Assembly: GCF_001194135.2 (NCBI RefSeq) | Contig: NC_068992.1 | Span: 8,102,628 to 8,166,627, forward strand | Length of the DNA: 64,000 bases | Reading direction: 5' to 3' | Origin: Octopus bimaculoides | Lineage: Eukaryota | Shown: in pieces, positions 60,801 to 64,000 of the stretch | Numbering within the stretch: the stretch's first letter is position 1 | Layout of the letters: every line of letters starts with the position of its first letter | Notes under the pieces: model-generated | Told to the model about the DNA's origin: nothing | The model's database searches: none | The model's input: only the letters and a program-made list of their open reading frames with translations | Program-made: the position numbers and the translations under genes

Positions 60801-63437
60801 TCAATAGGCTTTGATCAGCCTATTGCTATAGTAAAAGATACTTGACCAAGGTGTTGCACAGTGGGACTGAACTCATGACCTCATGGTTGAGAAGGTAGCT
60901 TCTTAACTGCATGGCCATGCCTGTGCCTTCATATAATTTAAAACACTCAAGATTTGAAGCCATTGCTCACTTTCTATCTTTTGATGTCCAACTTCATTGG
61001 CTTGGAACTTAAAATCTTAGAGTTTCACAATCAACAACACACTACACTTATCCATACTGAAGCAATGCATTGGCTGTAAAACTGCTCATTTTTACAAATG
61101 ATTCAAAGAAGTCATCAAATGTCATTAACCTCATTAAACAACAGACTCATTGTTGTTTATACTAACACTTCTGAAGGTTTTCTGTAAGTAAGACCCACAC
61201 ATATGTCCCAAATACTTTTATCAGTGTGTTTATTTCCACAGTTTATCATATTGTAATTTATGTATCTATGCATGTTTATTTATACACCATTCATGTAATT
61301 TCATTTCATTTTATCTATTTTCTTTTGAGTCTCTCATTTCGTTTCATTTTATTTTTATCTGTAATTACTTGCTTGTATCTTGACCTGTTTTAATTCGTGA
61401 CATATTAAAATTCCTCTTTTCCATTTGCCTCCTCCTATTAATCATTATTCCCTGTCATAACCCTTTACTCGTTACTGCAATATGCTTGCAGGTGACTTTA
61501 ATTACAATTTTTGATAATTTGCCCTTTGAAACCACAAATTGTAATCTTAAACTGTTTCATCAACTTATGTGGTTTAAATTATGTTTGTATCTGTATGATT
61601 TATTTATGTGTGTGTGTGTGTGTGGCTACACCAGGCTCCAATCAGATTGGAGCCTGGTGTAGCCATCTGGTTCACCAGGCCTCAGTCAAATTGTCCAGCC
61701 CATGCTAGCATGGAAAGCGGATGTTAAACAATGATGATGATGATGATGATGGTGTGTGTGTGTGTGTAAAGTCAAAAACTAAAATTTATGATATTGACTT
61801 TAATTCTGTAATTACAATCGTTTCATCACAACATGGGAAAATACATTTCTTGAATATAAATATTGATTTCAAATTTTGGCACAAGACTGGCAATTTCAGG
61901 GAGAGAGTAACTTGATTAGATTGACCCCAGTACTCAACTGGTATTTATTTTAATGACCCCAAAACAATGAAAGGCAGATGAAATGCTGCTAAGCATTTTG
62001 CCGGTGTGGTAAAGCTTTGGTCAGCCCAGGGCTATAGTAAACACTTGCCCAAGTTGCTGTACTGTGGGACTGAACTTAGGACTGCATGGTTGGGAAGGAA
62101 GCTTCTTAACTACACAGCCTGTGCCAAAACTGTTTATTTCTAAATCCTCTGAATGCCTTGTGCCACTATGGATCTCTAATTGGAAAGTTCCTTTTCAAAT
62201 TGAAAGTCTTTTTTTTTTTTTTAACCCCTCAAGCCTAGCAGTTGCTAATGAAAGTTTTTTCACCAAGTTCCAATCTGATCTGGCAGAGTTTCTACAGCTG
62301 GATGCCCTTCCTAACGCCAACCACTCCAAGTGGTGGGTGGTTTTTATGTGCCACTGGCACCAAGTACCAGTTACATAACACTGGCATTGGCCACTGTTAT
62401 ATGATCTCACTTGGCTTGACAGGTCTTCTCAAGCACAGCACATTGCCCATTGTTTAAAGGGTGCTTTTTTATGTGCCAGTTACACAACACTGTTATCAGC
62501 CTTGACTATTCATGTATATTTATATACATGTACACATACACCCATACTCACATACATAAACATATACATAGTTATATGTACACATAAATGCCTGTATGAA
62601 TCTATATTTCATTGCGTTCTCTTTTCAGTGGGAACAAAAACTAGAGAAAGGTCAGGAAGACTTTGAGAAAATATCAGAAATAATCCGGAAAGAAGTGAAG
62701 TTTTTTGAAGTGTGCAGAGTGGCTGACTTTAAAGCTGCCGTGATTACTTACCTGGAACATTTGATGGAGACTCAACAAAAGGTGAGTAATGGATTGAAGA
62801 GATGGATGAAGGCCATAACTACAGAGCTGAGAGATAGAGAGAGCAATAGTAGTTCTTAATTTTGGGGACTATAACTCAGCGCATTACCTTCCACCTAGGT
62901 GCCATGCATTAGGACTGAACCTGGAACCATGTATGTGTCTTTGAGTCTGTTTGTTCCCCACCACTGCTTGTTGGTGTGTTTACATCCTTGTAATTTAGTG
63001 GTTCAGCAAAAGAGATAAATAGAATGAGTACCAGGCTTGAAAACAAAAGTACTAGGGTTGATTCATTCGACTAAAAACTCAAGGCAGTGCCCCAACATGG
63101 GCACAGTCTATTGACTGAAATAAGTAAAAGGTAAAAAGTTTACAGGTATTAAATATTATTTGTCAAGTAGGGAGGGGAATCTGGAATATCCACTCTGAGG
63201 GAGGAGACCCTGCGACTGTGGTACACGGACAAATATGTTGTAGGCCAGCCCATGCTAGCAACAAAGAAAATTAAAATAATGAGGATGTCTTCCCATCCCT
63301 TCTCCCCATGAGTAGGGATTCACATCTTTTAAAAAAAGTCATTATTGTTTCTAATCCATTTCTTTTTTTTTTTTTTTCTTTTACAGCTTATTAAATACTG
63401 GGAAGCATTTTTACCTGAAGCTAAAGCAATTGCGTGA
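6293..63437 (+). CDS. SNX2: Sorting nexin 1/2 (PX-BAR, SNX-BAR/ESCPE-1 subunit), multi-exon gene; 5' exon outside the window, central exon(s) not found
   Basis: Spliced exons give PX motifs (VGDGMGAYIVYKV, RRFSDFLGLHEKL, IVPPAPEKS, EFIERRRLALQ), BAR segments ([34 protein letters not shown]) and the C-terminus LIKYWEAFLPEAKAIA. All have GT-AG borders with consistent phases. An invertebrate gene is expected to be co-orthologous to vertebrate SNX1 and SNX2; the C-terminus matches SNX2 as I recall it. Confidence 0.96.
6639..6716 (+). CDS. Candidate cassette exon, 78 nt, phase 1-1: (V)DAYPLESNADLLDYGEEFRKGILDL(G)
   Basis: Strong acceptor gcatgttttcttttcag, donor AG|gttagt. Length is a multiple of 3 and the frame required by the flanking exons is open. 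Acidic low-complexity content fits the SNX N-terminal region. Confidence 0.6.
7620..7926 (+). repeat. Degenerate 28-bp minisatellite, about 11 units
   Basis: Unit starts at 7620, 7648, 7676, 7704, 7732, 7760, 7787, 7815, 7843, 7871 and 7899; consensus approximately ctagagatgactgttaaatatgagcaga. Confidence 0.75.
8616..8669 (+). CDS. Candidate cassette exon, 54 nt, phase 1-1: (D)YVRKMKKQKKNNKPPPS(G)
   Basis: Long T-rich tract, ctaac branch-like motif at 8599-8603, acceptor tgcag, donor TG|gtaaac, open in phase 1. It contains an A-run, so chance cannot be excluded. Confidence 0.35.
8729..8942 (+). mobile_element. tRNA-derived SINE family B (gagctggcagaat...ctgagttcaaattcc...ctttcatcc...taagtaccag)
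   Basis: B-box-like GAGTTCAAATTC; more than 10 diverged copies in the window. Confidence 0.7.
12159..12320 (-). mobile_element. Fragment resembling the C-terminus of a CRE-clade (RLE-type) non-LTR retrotransposon ORF
   Basis: Minus strand reads GKIGIMATHRRNEPHKVDWLLQRVSLAILSCNAIAVIIAGCG*, similar to the ...EPRE..WLFQRISLAIxRGNAxSI ending of CRE-like ORFs (recognised from memory). Confidence 0.5.
13203..13304 (+). CDS. SNX2: Duplicated cassette exon, 102 nt, phase 1-1: GGGTEISLEPDTEPSTTDTPTEAQPAGSALPTLN
   Basis: Acceptor ttggcag, donor A|gtgagt, open frame. Paralogous to the 5' half of exon 17180-17379 (GGGTE...TPTEAQPAG..LP), with synonymous differences. Confidence 0.8.
14068..14280 (+). 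mobile_element. piggyBac-type MITE (TTAA target duplication)
   Basis: TTAA at 14064-14067 and 14281-14284; begins CCCTCTAGCATT; degenerate TIR; related copies at 18644 and 27749. Confidence 0.55.
14974..15185 (+). mobile_element. SINE family B copy
   Basis: Same head and body as 8729-8942. Confidence 0.65.
16745..16960 (-). mobile_element. SINE family B copy, antisense
   Basis: ctggtacttattttatcaacccc...ggatgaagggcaaagttgacc...attctgccagctcactgcct is the reverse complement of the family. Confidence 0.7.
17180..17379 (+). CDS. SNX2: SNX1/2 exon, 200 nt, phase 1->0: GGGTEVRLDSDEEETETPTEAQPAGVSLPSESSD...IKQDKNE
   Basis: Acceptor atttctcag, donor GAG|gtatgt. Open frame; links the phase-1 upstream exon to the phase-0 PX exon. 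Confidence 0.88.
17955..18166 (+). mobile_element. RTE 3'-end-derived short repeat
   Basis: Same family as 688-1010 and 37030-37368, with a (GAT)n tail. Confidence 0.8.
18212..18313 (+). CDS. SNX2: SNX1/2 PX exon, 102 nt: IEEEDPYTLEIKVCEPNRVGDGMGAYIVYKVISK
   Basis: Acceptor ttttcattggtttcag, donor AAG|gtaacc; VGDGMxAY motif of the SNX1/2 PX domain. Confidence 0.95.
18644..18823 (-). mobile_element. piggyBac-type MITE (TTAA target duplication)
   Basis: TTAA-CCCTTTAGCATTTAAA ... TTTGAATAGTAAAGAG-TTAA imperfect TIRs; opposite orientation to the 14068 copy. Confidence 0.6.
19056..19197 (+). CDS. SNX2: SNX1/2 PX exon, 142 nt: TNIPAFRKTTMTVLRRFSDFLGLHEKLALKYIRDGRIVPPAPEKSVL(G)
   Basis: Acceptor cacattttcag, donor G|gtaaaa; RRFSDF and PPxPEK PX signatures. 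Confidence 0.97.
20262..20340 (+). CDS. SNX2: SNX1/2 PX exon, 79 nt, phase 1->2: GMTKIKMNKEESGSTEFIERRRLALQ(R)
   Basis: Acceptor ttgttgcag, donor AG|gtgagt; EFIERRR..L motif. Confidence 0.96.
20632..20915 (+). mobile_element. RTE 3'-end-derived short repeat
   Basis: Near-identical to 730-1010. Confidence 0.8.
21354..21790. other. Assembly gap (437 N)
   Basis: N-run. Other gaps: 28759-28768, 41946-42057, 42645-42654, 49299-49564, 53220-53353, 56847-56943. Confidence 0.99.
23868..24030 (-). mobile_element. RTE 3'-end-derived short repeat, antisense
   Basis: catcatcatttaacgtc...cagctggatgcccttcctaatgccaaccactc is the reverse complement of the family 3' end. Confidence 0.75.
24108..24312 (-). 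mobile_element. SINE family B copy, antisense
   Basis: Reverse-complement match to the family. Confidence 0.65.
25321..25512 (+). repeat. 96-bp tandem duplication
   Basis: 25321-25416 and 25417-25512 are identical except tagc/tcgc. Confidence 0.9.
26017..26211 (-). CDS. Antisense mini-ORF (64 aa) encoding a SAP DNA-binding motif; probable transposon-derived 5' fragment
   Basis: LTVPELKKYLRLYGQYVTGRKADLTERL (26086-26172) fits the SAP spacing L[KT]VxELKxxLxxxGxxxxGxKxxLxxRL, behind an ATG at 26211. Confidence 0.6.
   Translation of the reverse strand: MDIKQLDDSAIEGLTVPELKKYLRLYGQYVTGRKADLTERLKGIKILSISAVEQVQHVHFRSDG
27749..27949 (+). mobile_element. piggyBac-type MITE (TTAA target duplication)
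   Basis: TTAA-CCCTTTAGC start, TTAA at 27950-27953; internal similarity to 14068-14280. Confidence 0.55.
30290..30429 (+). mobile_element. RTE 3'-end-derived short repeat
   Basis: ttaggaagggcatccaactgtagaaac...aaacgatgatgatga. Confidence 0.75.
35159..35530 (+). mobile_element. tRNA-derived SINE family C, most complete copy
   Basis: Head gtggctgtgtggtaagaagcttgcttccc...ggttcagtccc (A/B-box-like), core gtggatttggtagatggaaactgaaaagaagcccgtc, internal (CA)n and A-rich tail. Partial copies at about 3313, 4215, 19386, 23150(-), 49565(-), 57660, 60765(-) and 62930. Confidence 0.7.
36560..37368 (+). mobile_element. 5'-truncated RTE-clade LINE: ORF2 C-terminus (pseudogenised), 3' UTR and (GAT)n tail
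   Basis: Conceptual translation ...LREMLDIRSIGFDVQE/RRLHWYGHVLRMDEESCVKKCHSLTVEGTHGRRTPKKTKVEVVKHDLQRLGLTEALTKD*DLWRCAV. This matches the RRLRWxGHVxRM...GRPxKxW...DL...DR..WR pattern of RTE ORF2 ends. There is a 2-nt frameshift at about 36641 and a TGA at 36820-36822. Confidence 0.85.
38390..38500 (+). mobile_element. Young SINE 3' fragment (cacgagcaggctg...gatcaactggaaccctcg...gacggagtgcc)
   Basis: CpG-rich; an overlapping part of the same family appears reverse-complemented at 42655-42704. Confidence 0.5.
39331..39411 (+). CDS. Candidate 81-nt exon in the large intron; phase 0 reading WTTAYLQAYLCSIVPRFSVDQPDSDYE
   Basis: ctaac branch-like motif, acceptor ccctgggcag, donor GAG|gtaata. Length is 27 codons and it is open in phases 0 and 2. 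The island is locally CpG-rich and not repeat-like. Confidence 0.4.
40036..40081 (-). ncRNA. Minimal type-I hammerhead ribozyme motif (Penelope-like), intact core
   Basis: Reverse strand reads GACAC-CUGAUGA-A-GGCUG-gaggauauau-CAGCC-GAAA-CG-UU-GUGUU. Stem I is GACAC/GUGUU, stem II is 5 bp, and stem III is the loop-less palindrome ACGU. Confidence 0.75.
40346..40391 (+). ncRNA. Minimal type-I hammerhead ribozyme motif (Penelope-like), one stem II mismatch
   Basis: GACAC-CUGAUGA-A-GGCUG-gagaguauau-CAACC-GAAA-CG-UU-GUGUU; inverted sister of the motif at 40036-40081. Confidence 0.7.
41355..41720 (+). mobile_element. SINE family B, one full and one partial copy in tandem
   Basis: Two successive family bodies ending in an (ATT)n tract. 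Confidence 0.65.
44749..45200 (+). mobile_element. SINE family B, two tandem copies
   Basis: Heads at about 44749 (aaggcagcgagctgacagaattg) and about 44985 (ggtagtgaactagcagaatcg). Confidence 0.65.
46701..46793 (+). mobile_element. Old degenerate RTE-type ORF2 fragment (different lineage)
   Basis: Translates FYRKQVKLLEHFH*RYLCSIMAIS*KEHITK, resembling the RTE/BovB-type xYRxxIKxLExFHQRCLRxIxGISWxDxITN segment. Confidence 0.45.
51549..51638. repeat. (TG)n microsatellite, about 45 units
   Basis: Read directly. Confidence 0.95.
52858..53035 (-). mobile_element. RTE 3'-end-derived short repeat, antisense
   Basis: Reverse complement of the family 3' end, starting at catcatcattatcgtttaacgtcc. Confidence 0.75.
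55352..55551 (-). mobile_element. About 200-bp young non-autonomous element in a (TA)n tract, carrying the G3:C8 hammerhead-like fold
   Basis: Flanked by TA runs on both sides, retains CpGs, and has no similarity to the other repeat families in the window. Confidence 0.5.
55492..55542 (-). ncRNA. Minimal type-I hammerhead-like fold with G3:C8-swapped core; G12 mutated in this copy
   Basis: Reverse strand reads UUUGUCA-GUGAACA-G-GUCGC-ggucucaaa-GCGAC-AAAA-AUAU-UU-UGACAAA. Stem I is a perfect 7 bp, stem II a perfect 5 bp, and stem III the palindrome AAUAUU. Confidence 0.55.
56748..56841 (+). CDS. SNX2: SNX1/2 BAR exon, 94 nt: [31 protein letters not shown](E)
   Basis: Acceptor tgtctttgcag, donor G|gtgag (followed by an N-gap); WFEEK motif. 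Confidence 0.96.
58050..58255 (+). CDS. SNX2: SNX1/2 BAR exon, 206 nt: [69 protein letters not shown]
   Basis: Acceptor ttgttattcag, donor AAG|gtctgt; highly conserved [23 protein letters not shown]. Confidence 0.97.
59129..59272 (+). CDS. SNX2: SNX1/2 BAR exon, 144 nt: DVFHERVKCYKNWKDAEVMLARKRENKARLEVAHKTDKLSQAQQEITE
   Basis: Acceptor ccaattgccag, donor GAG|gtaaat; phase 0-0, open. Confidence 0.95.
61623..61750 (+). mobile_element. RTE 3'-end-derived short repeat with a fold-back 5' end
   Basis: Family tail preceded by a perfect 21-bp inverted duplication (61623-61643 / 61645-61665). Confidence 0.75.
62270..62470 (-). mobile_element. RTE 3'-UTR-derived repeat fragment, antisense
   Basis: tttctacagctggatgcccttcctaacgccaaccactcc core. 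Confidence 0.7.
62629..62781 (+). CDS. SNX2: SNX1/2 BAR exon, 153 nt: WEQKLEKGQEDFEKISEIIRKEVKFFEVCRVADFKAAVITYLEHLMETQQK
   Basis: Acceptor ttctcttttcag, donor AAG|gtgagt; phase 0-0, open. Confidence 0.96.
63387..63437 (+). CDS. SNX2: SNX1/2 terminal coding exon: LIKYWEAFLPEAKAIA*
   Basis: Long poly-T tract plus ttacag acceptor; the stop TGA is followed immediately by TAA; C-terminal motif of SNX1/2. Confidence 0.97.
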   Translation, partial: LIKYWEAFLPEAKAIA

Positions 63438-63737
63438 TAAAAGCAAGATGACATCCTTAATCTACAGGAGTCAGGGTGGAAAGTTGAGATGATACGGAGT
63501 GAGTTGGAGTAACTATGGAAGGCCTGGTGTGACTAAATAATGTCTGCATAAATAATGGTGTTTGGTGTTTGTAACAGCAGCAGCAGCAGCAGCAGTTGTG
63601 TCGGTGGTGGTGGTTAGTGATTTCATCAGGGCTGATGGTGACTGCACACAGAATCCACACTTCTTTTATTAGCAGCTGGCACACCACCCTGTATCACTAT
63701 CATCCCTCTCTCTATCACCACTGTTAACTAGTGATAT

Positions 63738-63792
<55 letters not shown>

Positions 63793-63949
63793 TACACACA
63801 CACATACACATTCATTCATGCATGTGTGTGTGTATGTATGTATATATACATATATACAATATTGAATTATATTTCTGGAATTATCTAACTCACAACCATT
63901 ATTCAGCTCCAATCATGACAACTGTCATATATAAAAATATTTTATATAT

Positions 63950-64000
<51 letters not shown>

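Overview
This is AT-rich, microsatellite- and SINE-dense animal genomic DNA from a gapped scaffold (seven N-runs). The repeat families suggest an octopus or other coleoid cephalopod (inference). Nearly the whole window is one plus-strand gene, the invertebrate SNX1/SNX2 PX-BAR sorting nexin. Ten constitutive coding exons were read from 6293 to the stop at 63437. The ATG exon is not in the window. About 63 codons (end of PX domain and BAR amphipathic helix) cannot be found in a 36.4-kb interval and probably lie in N-gaps. Highlights: (1) Two unrelated intronic repeat families carry minimal type-I hammerhead ribozyme folds of the Penelope-like-element kind. One is an inverted pair around a tRNA-like head (40036-40391). 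The other has a G3:C8-swapped core (55492-55542). (2) Several frame-preserving phase-1 candidate cassette exons follow the acidic DLF motif, including a clear partial exon duplication with synonymous-biased divergence (13203-13304). (3) An 81-nt CpG-rich candidate exon lies deep in the large intron. (4) An antisense SAP-domain mini-ORF has promoter-like upstream sequence. (5) An RTE LINE 3' fragment explains a dozen short repeats in the window. All calls are by eye; no searches were run.
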